The position numbers were made by a program, and so were the translations under genes. This document shows, piece after piece, positions 9,398 through 18,860 of a stretch of DNA of 64,000 nt; positions within the stretch are counted from its first letter, which is position 1, and each line of letters opens with the position of its first letter. The notes beneath the pieces are model-generated. The model was not told the DNA's origin and ran no database searches. It saw only the letters and a program-made list of their open reading frames with translations. The stretch lies in assembly GCA_963780755.1 (NCBI GenBank), contig CAWACX010000002.1, positions 609,813 to 673,812 of the forward strand. The letters run 5' to 3'. This DNA comes from an uncultured Acidobacteriota bacterium. Its GTDB lineage: Bacteria > Actinomycetota > Acidimicrobiia > Spongiisociales > ZC4RG35.

Positions 9398-10936
9398 TCA
9401 GCCCTCTCTCCTTCGGAGCTCGCTCAACTCAGGAGCCCGGAGGAGCAGCGAGGTCACGAGGAACACGGCCAGGACGGTCACCCCGCCGATCACTGCCATG
9501 ACCAGGCCTTCGACGATCGATAGCGGGTCGGTCCCAAACAGCGCCGTGATCAGGGGCAGGGCGACAAGCACCGAGATCCCGGCCGCGAGCAATGCCCGGA
9601 GCGAGGAGATCGCGACTTTCTGGACCGCTTCCCACCCGGAGTCGACACCCCAGGCAACCAGTAGCGCGCAGGCGTACAAGGTCATCACCACCGTGGATGC
9701 CGCGGCGAAGCCCTCCACTCCCATTGCCCGGTAGAGCAGGATCCAGATCGGGATCGCGATCACGGTCCCGGCGGTCCCGATGAGGACCGGGGTCCACATC
9801 TTCCTCTTCGCATAGAAATGCCGGGACAGGATCTGGTGCAGGCCCCAGGCGGGGACCGAGAGGGCGTAGAGCATCAGGAGCCCGGCCACCAACTCGGTGT
9901 CTTCTGAGCTGAAGTCACCCCACTGGTAGAGCAAGCGGACCATTGGCTTGGCGAGGACGAGGAGTGCGGCACCGGCCCCCGCCGCGACGAACACCGTTGT
10001 GCGCGCTGCCCTCGAGGTGGTCGCGGTGAGCGCCGGCTCGTCGCCCCTGGCTGCCAGACGGGCAAAGAACGGGTAGGCGGCAACTCCGGCAGCCTGCGCG
10101 ATGACCCCGATTGGGACCATGTTCAGCTGCCGGGCGAAGCTGAGGGCGGAGGTCGCCCCCTCCTCCACCTGCCCGAACCACTTGACGAACTGCTCGTCGA
10201 GCACCGCTATCGACTGGCCCACCATCAAGGGCAGCGCCAATAACAGGTACTCGCCCACCGAAGACTGACCTCTGGGGACCGGCACCATCCGCACTCCGGT
10301 GCGGCGAGCCCCATACCACTGCAGGCCGAAATTGCCGATCGCCGACCCGATCACCGCGCCCCAGAGGAACCCCTCAGGGCTGGCCTCACCCACCACTGCG
10401 GACGCCAGCCCGCCGATGATGATCGCCAGGTTGTAAATCACCGGCGCCAGAGCGGGGACCAGGAAGCGGCGGTGGGTGTACTGCACCGCCATGAGCAGGG
10501 CGCCAAGCACGAGGAACACCTGGGCCGGGAGCACGAGCCGGGTGAGGGAGACAAGCCGGTCGTGATCGGCCACCACTTCAGGGAACATCAGTGACACAAA
10601 CCAATCGGTCCCCACCCACATCAGCGCGGTGAGGGCCAGGATCGCGATCAGGGTGAACCTGAAGACCGAGCTGAACGCCCGGTCCAGGGCGGCACCGTCC
10701 CCCCGTTCCAGGTGCCGGCTCAGTATCGGGATCAGAGTGATTGTGAGATAGGCGCCGGCGAGCAGGTAATTGAGGAAATCCGGGATGGTGAACGCCTGGC
10801 GATAGAGGTCGCCTTCGACGTTGACGCCGATCAATGAGGCGAGCAGCGTCTCGCGTGCTAGCCCGAGGAGCCTCGACAGGAGCACGCTCGCCGAGACCAC
10901 CAGGGCGGCGGTCCCCATCCTCATCGGCCTACTCAT
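9398..10936 (-). CDS. murJ: lipid II flippase MurJ (MviN)
   Basis: 512 aa, 14 predicted TM segments, MurJ-like N-terminus LLSRLLGLARETLLASLIG. Confidence 0.88.
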   Translation of the reverse strand: MSRPMRMGTAALVVSASVLLSRLLGLARETLLASLIGVNVEGDLYRQAFTIPDFLNYLLAGAYLTITLIPILSRHLERGDGAALDRAFSSVFRFTLIAILALTALMWVGTDWFVSLMFPEVVADHDRLVSLTRLVLPAQVFLVLGALLMAVQYTHRRFLVPALAPVIYNLAIIIGGLASAVVGEASPEGFLWGAVIGSAIGNFGLQWYGARRTGVRMVPVPRGQSSVGEYLLLALPLMVGQSIAVLDEQFVKWFGQVEEGATSALSFARQLNMVPIGVIAQAAGVAAYPFFARLAARGDEPALTATTSRAARTTVFVAAGAGAALLVLAKPMVRLLYQWGDFSSEDTELVAGLLMLYALSVPAWGLHQILSRHFYAKRKMWTPVLIGTAGTVIAIPIWILLYRAMGVEGFAAASTVVMTLYACALLVAWGVDSGWEAVQKVAISSLRALLAAGISVLVALPLITALFGTDPLSIVEGLVMAVIGGVTVLAVFLVTSLLLRAPELSELRRREG

Positions 10937-11781
10937 GTCATCCCCACGTGGGCGCGCAGCCCCTCGACCACGGAGTCGGGGACGGCGAGGTCGCCATACC
11001 CCGTCCCCAACTCGAGGCCCGGCTTGTAGGCACCGTGATAGTCGCTGCCACCGGAAGGGACGAGACCGAAGCGGTGGGCGAGATCGCTGTACCCCTCGCG
11101 CTCGTGTCGGCGGTAGCCGGCGTAGTTCGCCTCCAGGCCGACCAACCCGGCCCGCACCAGTCGATGGAGGAGGTCCTCCATCTCAGCGGCACGGTTGATG
11201 GCGAGGGTGTGGGGGTGGGCGAGCACCGGCACGGCTCCCGATTCCCGAGCCAGCCGAATTGCGTCCTCCGGGGTGAGACGGGGCCGACTGACGTATGCAG
11301 ACCCACCCGCGGTCAGGTAGGACTCGAAGGCCTCCTCCTGTGACTCGACATAGCCTTTTCGCAGCATGACTGCCGCGATGTGGGGTCGGCCCACCGTTCC
11401 GCCGCCGGCCTCCATTTCGATCTCTTCGATGGTGACGTCCATCCCCAACTCGGCAAGCCTCAGGGCGATTGCGGCATTCCGCTGATCGCGTCCCAGTCGC
11501 AGACCTTCGAGCCGGTCCTGGAGAGGGCCCGGCCCCGGTGAGAGCCACAGGACTACGAGGTGCATGCCCCCCTGGTCGTAAGCGAGGGACAGTTCGGTGC
11601 CCGGAATCAGCTCGAGCTCGGTCCCCTTTGCCGCCGCGACCGCATCGGCGATTCCGATCTGGGTGTCGTGATCGGTCAGGGCGAGGGTGGTGAGGCCGAT
11701 CTCCAGTGCGCGGAGCACCAGCGCGGCGGGCTTCTCGGTCCCGTCGGAGGCCGTGGAATGGGAGTGGAGGTCTACCGCCAT
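10933..11781 (-). CDS. PHP-domain metal-dependent phosphoesterase (TrpH/YciV-like)
   Basis: MAVDLHSHSTASDG...ALTDHDT... His/Asp motifs of the PHP family; stop overlaps the murJ start. Confidence 0.85.
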   Translation of the reverse strand: MAVDLHSHSTASDGTEKPAALVLRALEIGLTTLALTDHDTQIGIADAVAAAKGTELELIPGTELSLAYDQGGMHLVVLWLSPGPGPLQDRLEGLRLGRDQRNAAIALRLAELGMDVTIEEIEMEAGGGTVGRPHIAAVMLRKGYVESQEEAFESYLTAGGSAYVSRPRLTPEDAIRLARESGAVPVLAHPHTLAINRAAEMEDLLHRLVRAGLVGLEANYAGYRRHEREGYSDLAHRFGLVPSGGSDYHGAYKPGLELGTGYGDLAVPDSVVEGLRAHVGMT

Positions 11782-11818
11782 GGGGTCATCTGCACCCCGA
11801 TGATGGTGGCTGGGACCG

Positions 11819-12607
11819 TCAAGAACCGGTTACGTCGATGGTCACCGAGTCGATGTAGACCGTCTCCAGAGGGAGGCTCTTCTCTCTGGTACCGGGACGG
11901 GTGGCGGTCTCGACTCCGGCAATGAGCTCCAGGGTCTCCTGACCGGACACCACCTCGCCGAGGACGTTGAACAGGGGATTGAGGGTTGAGGCCCCCTCGC
12001 CGGTGACGATGAAGAATTGGCTGCCGGTCGTTCCCTTGCCCCGGTTGTCCATCGCGACCACACCCGGCTCGTAGATGAAGTCCTCGGCCGGGAATTCGTC
12101 GGCGATCTCGTATCCTGGCCCTCCCGATCCGTCGGCCATGGGGTCTCCGGTCTGGACTTTGAAGTCCTCGACGACACGGTGGAAGACCTGGCCGTCGTAG
12201 AACCCTTCCCGTGCCAGGAACACGAACGAGTTCACCGTTTCCGGGGCTTCCCCAGGATCGAGGCGGAGGACGATCTGGCCACAAGAGGTCTCCAGCGTCG
12301 CCGTGACCTCACTGTCCGCAGTGATGTCTGCCTGAGGCTCGGGCTCGGTGAATTGGAGGACTTCCTCCTCAGGCGGCTGCTCGGCCCCGCAGGCCGTTGG
12401 CTGATTGCGAAAGCCTGCGTAACCCTGGGGCAGATCTCCTTCGTCATCCCCGAGGAATGCCCCCAACGCCAGGACCGCGACCACCAGGGCTCCGAAGACG
12501 AGGGCGGTGCCCAGCCGGCGCCACAGCTCCCGGCGAGCAGACTGCTTCTTCTCGGCCTCCAACTTGGCCGCTCGTTGTTCCTTTTGACGTCTTCGCCTGT
12601 CGGTCAT
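11819..12607 (-). CDS. membrane-anchored cyclophilin-type peptidyl-prolyl cis-trans isomerase
   Basis: 262 aa; N-terminal basic/TM anchor; [15 protein letters not shown]...[13 protein letters not shown] cyclophilin signature. Confidence 0.88.
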   Translation of the reverse strand: MTDRRRRQKEQRAAKLEAEKKQSARRELWRRLGTALVFGALVVAVLALGAFLGDDEGDLPQGYAGFRNQPTACGAEQPPEEEVLQFTEPEPQADITADSEVTATLETSCGQIVLRLDPGEAPETVNSFVFLAREGFYDGQVFHRVVEDFKVQTGDPMADGSGGPGYEIADEFPAEDFIYEPGVVAMDNRGKGTTGSQFFIVTGEGASTLNPLFNVLGEVVSGQETLELIAGVETATRPGTREKSLPLETVYIDSVTIDVTGS

Positions 12608-12691
12608 GGCGCGGCGACTTTAGGCAGGGCCTGGTTTCAACCCGGACCGGTGTTCGTGTTCCGTCGAGAAACCTTCCAAACTGTCATCGAC

Positions 12692-13684
12692 ATGCCGGTG
12701 ACAGTCCAGAAATACGGTGGGACCTCGGTGGCCGACCCCTCCCGGATCCACGCCGTGGCAGATCGAGTCACCGCGACCCGGGGATCTGGTGAGGACGTGG
12801 TCGTGGTGGTGAGTGCCATGGGGCAGACCACCGACGAACTGCTCGCCCTGGCGGCCGCGATCAACCCCAACCCGCCGCCCCGTGAGATGGACATGCTCCT
12901 CACCGCTGGGGAGCGAATCACCATGGCGCTGCTTGCCATGGCCCTCGACGCCCGGGGAGTTTCCGCCGTCAGCTACACGGGGTCACAGGCGGGGATCCTC
13001 ACCGACTCCTCACATGGCGAGGCCAGGATCCGCGAGGTCACCGGCCACCGGGTGCGGGAATCGCTGGCCGAGGGAAAGGTGGTCATCGTGGCCGGCTTCC
13101 AGGGCGTCGACCCCGAGCGTCGTGAGATCACGACACTGGGCCGGGGCGGGTCGGACACCACCGCCGTCGCCCTCGCCGCTGCCCTCGACGCCGAGGTATG
13201 CGAGATCCTCACTGATGTCGACGGGGTGTACACCGCAGATCCTCGGGTGGTCCCCGAAGCGCGCAAGATCGATTCCATCGGGTATCACGAGATGATGGAG
13301 ATGGCATCGTCTGGAGCAGGTGTCCTCATGCCCCATTCCGTGGAATTTGCCCATCGATTCGGGGTTCCCGTTCATGTGCGATCTTCCTTTTCCGCTGCTC
13401 CGGGCACCTGGGTCGTGAGCGATGCCCCGGCATCGATCGTGATTGGGTTGGCACACCGCCGCGCCGGCGACAAGGCCATGATCTCGATCATCGGGAGCGG
13501 GGCGAGCACGGTCAGCGACCGGAGCGTCGAAGCCCTCGCCGATCATGGGATCGCCGTTCTCGACCAGAGCAGCACCGGCCTCAGCGTCACCATCGAAGTG
13601 CCTGGCGAGCGTTTGGAAGACGCCACCAGGCTGCTGCATGTGACCCTCGACCCGCCGCTGGTCAACGAGGAGGTCCCGGCATGA
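12692..13684 (+). CDS. ask: aspartate kinase (short form, ~330 aa)
   Basis: [19 protein letters not shown]...[13 protein letters not shown]...[18 protein letters not shown]; C-terminal regulatory region appears to hold a single ACT-like module; ask-asd pair. Confidence 0.85.
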   Translation: MPVTVQKYGGTSVADPSRIHAVADRVTATRGSGEDVVVVVSAMGQTTDELLALAAAINPNPPPREMDMLLTAGERITMALLAMALDARGVSAVSYTGSQAGILTDSSHGEARIREVTGHRVRESLAEGKVVIVAGFQGVDPERREITTLGRGGSDTTAVALAAALDAEVCEILTDVDGVYTADPRVVPEARKIDSIGYHEMMEMASSGAGVLMPHSVEFAHRFGVPVHVRSSFSAAPGTWVVSDAPASIVIGLAHRRAGDKAMISIIGSGASTVSDRSVEALADHGIAVLDQSSTGLSVTIEVPGERLEDATRLLHVTLDPPLVNEEVPA

Positions 13685-14694
13685 GCGATCGGGTCGTGGC
13701 GGTTGTCGGCGCCACCGGCGCGGTGGGGCGCACCATGTTGTCCGTCCTCGAAGAGCGTGACTTTCCCCTGGGAGCCCTGCGCCTGATGGCGTCCGAGCGA
13801 TCGGCGGGAAGGACCGTGGACACCGCTTGGGGAGCGGTCGAAGTGGAGGACCTGGCTTCGGCCGACCCGGAGGGAATCGACATCGCCCTGTTCTCCGCCG
13901 GCGGCGCCCGCTCCAAGTCCTTCGCCCCCGATTTTGCCGCAAAGGGCGCGGTGGTTATCGATAACTCGTCCGCCTTCCGCATGGAAGGAGACGTCCCGCT
14001 GGTGGTGGTCGGAGTAAACGATCACGCCGCGGCTGCCCACCAAGGGATCATTTCCAATCCGAACTGCACGACGATGGCGCTGATGATGGCTGCGGGCCCT
14101 CTGCACCGGGCTGCGACCCTGAGGAGCATCGTGGCCTCGTCATATCAGGCTGTTTCCGGCTCCGGCCAGCAGGGAGTCACCGAGCTGATCGGCCAGGTCG
14201 ACGCCCTGCGCCCGGATCTCGACGCCTTGATGTCGGGTGGCTGGGAGGATCCCGGAGTGGAACTCTTCGCCCGCCCCATCGGGTTCAACGTGCTCCCCTT
14301 CGCCGGGAATGAGTCCGAGCACGGGTACACCGACGAAGAGTGGAAGCTGGTCAACGAATCACGCAAGATCCTCGAGATCCCGGGGCTGCTCGTGGAGCCG
14401 ACCTGCGTCCGGGTCCCGGTGCTGGTGGGTCATGCCGTGTCGGCCACGCTCCGCTTCGATCGCCCGGTCACCGCGGACGAGGCGGTCCAGGTCCTCGACG
14501 CTGCGGAGGGGATCGCGGTCTGGACCGACAAGGTGCCCACTCCGCTCGACGCTGCGGGGATCGACGACGTGCTCGCGGGCCGGATCAGGGGGACCGTGGG
14601 AGAGCCCGGCGGTATCAACCTATGGGTCGTTGGAGACAATCTCCGCAAGGGAGCCGCGTTGAACGCGGTGCAGATCGCGGAGCTGTTGCTCTAG
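13681..14694 (+). CDS. asd: aspartate-semialdehyde dehydrogenase
   Basis: 337 aa; [11 protein letters not shown] Rossmann fold, [12 protein letters not shown] active-site Cys region; start overlaps the ask stop. Confidence 0.93.
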   Translation: MSDRVVAVVGATGAVGRTMLSVLEERDFPLGALRLMASERSAGRTVDTAWGAVEVEDLASADPEGIDIALFSAGGARSKSFAPDFAAKGAVVIDNSSAFRMEGDVPLVVVGVNDHAAAAHQGIISNPNCTTMALMMAAGPLHRAATLRSIVASSYQAVSGSGQQGVTELIGQVDALRPDLDALMSGGWEDPGVELFARPIGFNVLPFAGNESEHGYTDEEWKLVNESRKILEIPGLLVEPTCVRVPVLVGHAVSATLRFDRPVTADEAVQVLDAAEGIAVWTDKVPTPLDAAGIDDVLAGRIRGTVGEPGGINLWVVGDNLRKGAALNAVQIAELLL

Positions 14695-14990
14695 CGCTCC
14701 GTGCGGAGGAGGGCGGACATCCGCCGGCGCAGGGTGGGTGGCGCGTTGCGAAGACCGAGGTCCAAGGCGAAATGGGCGTCATCGGTCACGTCGAGGATCA
14801 CCTCTTCACCTTCGGCCCTGATGTGGAACCCGTCCAGCATCGGCGAGACCCTGATCTCCTGGCGCGACCAGTCGGCGACCTCGACCTCGCCGGCCTTCAT
14901 CGACAACCTGTCGTCGGTGAGATCGATGACTACGTGTATCGGTACGTCGTCAACGCCGTTCAGCCTGAGCTGGGCGTCGTAGACAGTCAT
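14691..14990 (-). CDS. hypothetical small acidic protein
   Basis: 99 aa ORF convergent with asd (4-nt stop overlap); no recognisable motif. Confidence 0.4.
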   Translation of the reverse strand: MTVYDAQLRLNGVDDVPIHVVIDLTDDRLSMKAGEVEVADWSRQEIRVSPMLDGFHIRAEGEEVILDVTDDAHFALDLGLRNAPPTLRRRMSALLRTER

Positions 14991-15122
14991 CCTTTTCTTC
15001 CTCCCCTTGGTCGGTGTGAGCCTCCACGGTCATTGTAAATCCTGTTCGGCAATCTGTTGAGTGTCGGTTGGATGAATGCCCGAATGGGCTAGACCGCGCC
15101 ACTGCCTAGAATCCGCTCCCAT

Positions 15123-15196
15123 CGGGACGTAGCGCAGCTTGGTAGCGCGCAGCGTTCGGGACGCTGAGGTCGTGGGTTCAAGTCCCACCGTCCCGA
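15123..15196 (+). tRNA. tRNA-Pro (anticodon CGG)
   Basis: Manual fold: acceptor CGGGACG/CGTCCCG, D-arm GCGC-AGCTTGGTA-GCGC, anticodon stem CAGCG/CGCTG with loop TTCGGGA, T-arm GTGGG-TTCAAGT-CCCAC, discriminator A; CCA not encoded. Confidence 0.85.
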
Positions 15197-15203
15197 CTCA
15201 GAC

Positions 15204-15237
15204 GATCGCCGTCCCCCTGCGTCGCAGGGGGACGATC
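15204..15237. other. 34-bp near-perfect GC-rich palindrome immediately 3' of tRNA-Pro (terminator and/or ArsR operator candidate)
   Basis: gatcgCcgtccccctgcg t cgcagggggacgatc, one bulged C; no T-tract; about 55 bp upstream of the ArsR gene. Confidence 0.5.
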
Positions 15238-15292
15238 ACCCCGCAGTTCCAGCGGTCGTATCGACAACTGTCGATGTAAGCTGTCCTCCCAC

Positions 15293-15640
15293 ATGAAATT
15301 CCCCGCCGAGACCATCTGCCTGCCTGTGTCCGAGGCGTCGCTCTCCATGCTCGAAGCCGAGACGCTGGCCAGTGACTTCAAGGTCCTCGCCGACCCGATC
15401 CGACTTCGCTTGCTGAGTGTGATCGCCAGTGTTCCCGAGGGCGAGATCTGCGCCTGCCAGCTCACCGAGCCACTCGGTCGGAGCCAGGCAACGATCAGCC
15501 ACCACCTCTCGGTGCTGGTGAAGTCCGGCCTCGTGAATCGCGAACAGCGGGGAAAGTGGGCCTGGTTCGAGATCTCTCCCGATCGGGCCGAATTCGTCCG
15601 CTCGGTCCTGGTCGGCGAGCCGACCCCATCCCTCGCCTGA
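15293..15640 (+). CDS. ArsR/SmtB-family metalloregulator
   Basis: 115 aa; wHTH with CxC metal site (GEICACQL) and recognition helix ATISHHLSVL. Confidence 0.85.
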   Translation: MKFPAETICLPVSEASLSMLEAETLASDFKVLADPIRLRLLSVIASVPEGEICACQLTEPLGRSQATISHHLSVLVKSGLVNREQRGKWAWFEISPDRAEFVRSVLVGEPTPSLA

Positions 15641-15655
15641 GGCCGGCTCCGGGGG

Positions 15656-16075
15656 CTACTCGAAGCGGTCCTCGGGCAAGCCATGGCTGACCCGAAACAC
15701 GTGCCCGTCCGGATGACGAACGTGCATCTCCCTGACTCCCCAGGGCATGTCGTTCGGAGGCCAGGTGATGTCGAGCCCGCTGTCGACACAGAGGCGATGC
15801 ACCTCGTCCACGTCGTCGACCCACACACTCATCCACACCCCGGAGTCCAGGTCGTCTCGACCGTCGGGGCCGAAGGTGGTCGCGATCTCGCTCTTCCCAC
15901 GCCCACCCTGTCCGTCCTTGCACAGGAAGATCTCGCAGGCGCCCGATCCGACGGCCCCAAAGTCCGGGGGATCGCCCCAGTCCCAGAGCCGGTGCCATCC
16001 CCATTGCTCGAACCAATGGAAGCTGGCTTCGAGGTCGGTGACGTTGAGGATCGGCGTCACGACGTGAGCGTTCAC
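15656..16075 (-). CDS. VOC-family (glyoxalase/bleomycin-resistance fold) protein
   Basis: 139 aa; GTG start; VOC-like beta-alpha-beta(3) pattern; its start overlaps the stop of the upstream receiver gene. Confidence 0.7.
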   Translation of the reverse strand: MNAHVVTPILNVTDLEASFHWFEQWGWHRLWDWGDPPDFGAVGSGACEIFLCKDGQGGRGKSEIATTFGPDGRDDLDSGVWMSVWVDDVDEVHRLCVDSGLDITWPPNDMPWGVREMHVRHPDGHVFRVSHGLPEDRFE

Positions 16076-16422
16076 CGTGCCATCGCCTCCCTCAACTCGG
16101 CGGCATGGAAGGGCTTCAGCACCCAGGCATCGGCGCCGGCCCGCTTGGCCAGGAAGGTATCGGCCGAGCGGTCCAGTAGAAGCACGGTCCGGGGGCGATT
16201 CCCGTCCTGGAAGGCATCACGGATGTCCCGGATCACCGCCATGCCACCCATGCTGGCCACCTGCATGTCGATTATGACCGCATCCGGCTTGGTCTCACTG
16301 GCGACAGCGGCGGCGGTGGTGGGGTCGTCCGTCGACTCGATCAACCAGTCGCCCATCGATAGAGCGGCGATCGCGTCATTGGCCACCCAGGGTGTGTCAC
16401 AAACGAGAAGGGCTTTCGGCAT
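16072..16422 (-). CDS. stand-alone response-regulator receiver (CheY-like, no output domain)
   Basis: 116 aa; acidic pocket, DAVIIDMQV (phospho-Asp), TVLLL, VLKPF (conserved Lys). Confidence 0.8.
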   Translation of the reverse strand: MPKALLVCDTPWVANDAIAALSMGDWLIESTDDPTTAAAVASETKPDAVIIDMQVASMGGMAVIRDIRDAFQDGNRPRTVLLLDRSADTFLAKRAGADAWVLKPFHAAELREAMAR

Positions 16423-16494
16423 CCGCTGGGCACGATACCCCTGGGCCTGGCCGCCAGATCTGTACCGACGGGGCGACTCCTAACCTCCGCCCTC

Positions 16495-17721
16495 GTGCAC
16501 CGCCTGGTATTGACCGTTGCCATCCTGCTGATCCCGGCTGTCGGTTTGGCCCAGGAGGAACCCGAGCCCGGAATCGACATCATCGATGTCAGCGGGCCAC
16601 TGGACGCCTCTGCCCTCGAGTTCATGCGGACCTCGATCGAGTCGGCGGCGGAAAACGGCCAGGTGCTGGCGGTGCTCCAAGTCGACTCTCCAGCCGTGCT
16701 CGACGGCGAGGCGCTTGCAAATCTCCTTGGGCTGATCGAGAACCCCCCTCTGCCGGTCGCGGTGTGGCTGGGGCCGGCCCCGGCCACCGCGTACGGCGGT
16801 GCCGCGAGGGTCGTCATGGGAACCGAGAAGTCGGCGGTCGCTCCCGGATCGCTGATCGGGATCACGTCGCCCACGGTCGCCGGGGACCCCGCGGTCGAAG
16901 CCGGCGATTCAAACACCAGGGAAGCGGTACCCGCAGAGGATCTGGGCCTACCTCTGCACTCCGGGGTCCGGCAATACCTGCAGAGTCTCAATGGGCAGAC
17001 ATTTCAAACTTCGGGCGGCCCGGTCGTGGTGGAGACGGTGAAGCCTTTCGAGGACGGAGTCACCTTGAAGACCCCGACCTATCGCGAGCCCGGGTTGGGC
17101 ACCAAGTTCTTCCGGCTTGCGGTCACCCCAGAAGCTGCCTTCTTCTTCCTCGTCGTCGGGCTCTCCATTGTCTCTTTCGAGTTCTTCGCCATCGGTCCCG
17201 GGGTCGCGGCCGGCGTTGCCGCGATCTCACTTCTCCTCGCCGGTTGGGGCATCGTCAACCTCCCCATCCGCTGGTGGGCGCTCGCTCTCGCGCTATTGGG
17301 ATGGGTGACACTGACCGCGGCGTATCAGCGGGGCGGAGTCCTCGCCCTCACTGTGCTGGGGGCGGTGATGCTCCAGGTCGCGGGGACGTTCTATGTCGAC
17401 GGCTCAGGACAGATCGACCCGCGGTGGTACCTGGTCCTGCCCTCGGTCCTCGCCGTCCTCTTCTTCTTCCTCCTGGCGATGCCGACAGTGCAACGGGCGC
17501 GCTTCTCCACCCAGACCATCGGGCGTGATTCTCTGGTTGGAGAGCCCGGTGTCGCATTGGCGGACTTCGACCCGGACGGGGTGGTGGAGGTGCATGGAGC
17601 CCGTTGGCGGGCCACGGCTCACCGCGAGGCCAGGGTCAGCCAGGGCTCGGACGTGGTGGTCACTGGGGTCGACGGCATGTTCCTCGAAGTCGACGTGCCG
17701 TCGACAGGTCGCGAAAACTGA
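16495..17721 (+). CDS. NfeD-family membrane-bound ClpP-class serine protease (long form)
   Basis: 408 aa; signal peptide, ClpP-like domain, central TM cluster, C-terminal OB-fold (VVVTGVDGMFLEV). Confidence 0.75.
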   Translation: MHRLVLTVAILLIPAVGLAQEEPEPGIDIIDVSGPLDASALEFMRTSIESAAENGQVLAVLQVDSPAVLDGEALANLLGLIENPPLPVAVWLGPAPATAYGGAARVVMGTEKSAVAPGSLIGITSPTVAGDPAVEAGDSNTREAVPAEDLGLPLHSGVRQYLQSLNGQTFQTSGGPVVVETVKPFEDGVTLKTPTYREPGLGTKFFRLAVTPEAAFFFLVVGLSIVSFEFFAIGPGVAAGVAAISLLLAGWGIVNLPIRWWALALALLGWVTLTAAYQRGGVLALTVLGAVMLQVAGTFYVDGSGQIDPRWYLVLPSVLAVLFFFLLAMPTVQRARFSTQTIGRDSLVGEPGVALADFDPDGVVEVHGARWRATAHREARVSQGSDVVVTGVDGMFLEVDVPSTGREN

Positions 17722-17811
17722 CATTACGCCTGGAAAATCTTTCCTGGTGAGTCGCAGCCGTCATGAGTAGGTTTCCATGCGGTTGTCGCTTCAAACAAGG
17801 GAGGAGTCGAA

Positions 17812-18060
17812 TTGTCCCCGATGGACGATTGGCAGCTCGACGCGCTGTGCCGTGGAAACCACGCCTATCTCTTCTTCCCGCCCTCGACCTTCGAACGTAA
17901 GGACGAGCGCGAGCGCAGGGAGATGAAGGCGAAGGCGATCTGCGGGGTGTGTCCGGTGAGACAGCCTTGTTCCGAGCATGCGGTCCAGATCCGGGAGCCT
18001 TTCGGGATCTGGGGTGGTCTGACCGAGGTCGAGAGGAGGACGTTGCCTCTGGTCGGCTGA
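17812..18060 (+). CDS. WhiB-family Fe-S transcription factor
   Basis: 82 aa; four Cys (C13, C44, C47, C53), GIWGGLTEVERR turn; AAGGGAGGAG RBS 5 nt before TTG. Confidence 0.85.
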   Translation: MSPMDDWQLDALCRGNHAYLFFPPSTFERKDERERREMKAKAICGVCPVRQPCSEHAVQIREPFGIWGGLTEVERRTLPLVG

Positions 18061-18078
18061 CGCATCACAAATCGCACA

Positions 18079-18124
18079 GGGCTCACCTGCTGGCCACGGA
18101 CCTTCGTCCGGTCGGGGTGAGCCC
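18079..18124 (+). terminator. possible stem-loop terminator downstream of whiB
   Basis: GGGCTCACC ... GGTGAGCCC 9-bp arms around a structured 28-nt loop, followed by TTCGATTTGAGG. Confidence 0.3.
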
Positions 18125-18170
18125 TTCGATTTGAGGGGTTCTTCCCCGTCCCGTCCTTAGGATCCCCCTG

Positions 18171-18860
18171 GTGCCCCCATCAGTCGAGCCCCGTCTCGCG
18201 GCCACGATGATCCTGCTGCGTGACGACCCGCTCGGGACCGAAGTGCTCATCGTGGAGCGTCCGGCCCGAGGCTATTTCGGCGGGCTCATGGTGTTCCCCG
18301 GAGGTGCCGTCGATCCCGTCGATCGAGGCCCCCTCGCTGCGACTGTGGTCTCCGGCCCAGGCCCCGACCACGAGTTCCGCTCCGCCGCCCTGCGCGAGGT
18401 CGCCGAAGAGGTGGGCGTCGCATTCACGGCTGATGGGCCCGAGCCCGCCCCCGACCTTCGTGGCGAGCACCTTTATGCCGAATTCAGTCGAACCGGCACC
18501 GTTCTCGATGGAGAGAGCCCGGTCCTCATCTCGCGATGGGTGACTCCGACCCATGCCCCGGTCAGGTTCGACACCCGCTTCTACGTCATGCCGGTTGAGG
18601 GAGACCCGCAGATTCGCCTCGATCCCGATGAGTTGATCGGGCACATGTGGGCCGCTCCTGCGCAGGTCCTGGACGCCCACGCCCGGGGAGGTCTCGAACT
18701 GATCCTTCCCACCATCGCCCATCTGCGCTGGCTGGCGAAGAGGGCATCTGTGAGCGATGTCCTGGCTTCGGCCCGGGGTGCCGACGGGCGCAGCGTGATC
18801 GAGCCCAGCGAGATGGAAGATGGGTCCCTGGTCCCGATACACCTTCCGGCGGACAGATGA
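18171..18860 (+). CDS. NUDIX hydrolase
   Basis: 229 aa; Nudix box-like GGxxDPxDRGPLAATVVSGPG...REVAEEVG; GTG start (ATG at 18207 is an alternative). Confidence 0.75.
   Translation: MPPSVEPRLAATMILLRDDPLGTEVLIVERPARGYFGGLMVFPGGAVDPVDRGPLAATVVSGPGPDHEFRSAALREVAEEVGVAFTADGPEPAPDLRGEHLYAEFSRTGTVLDGESPVLISRWVTPTHAPVRFDTRFYVMPVEGDPQIRLDPDELIGHMWAAPAQVLDAHARGGLELILPTIAHLRWLAKRASVSDVLASARGADGRSVIEPSEMEDGSLVPIHLPADR

Noticed and set aside
12017-12691. Upstream part of ORF 12017..13684, and ORF 13010..13942 (-)
   Set aside because: These overlap the PPIase gene antisense, or are antisense to ask/asd. The true ask start is ATG 12692.
15197-17800. Genomic island integrated at tRNA-Pro
   Set aside because: No integrase, recombinase or transposase, no obvious repeat of the tRNA 3' end, and the downstream genes (NfeD, WhiB, NUDIX, MBL) are typical core actinobacterial content with native GC.
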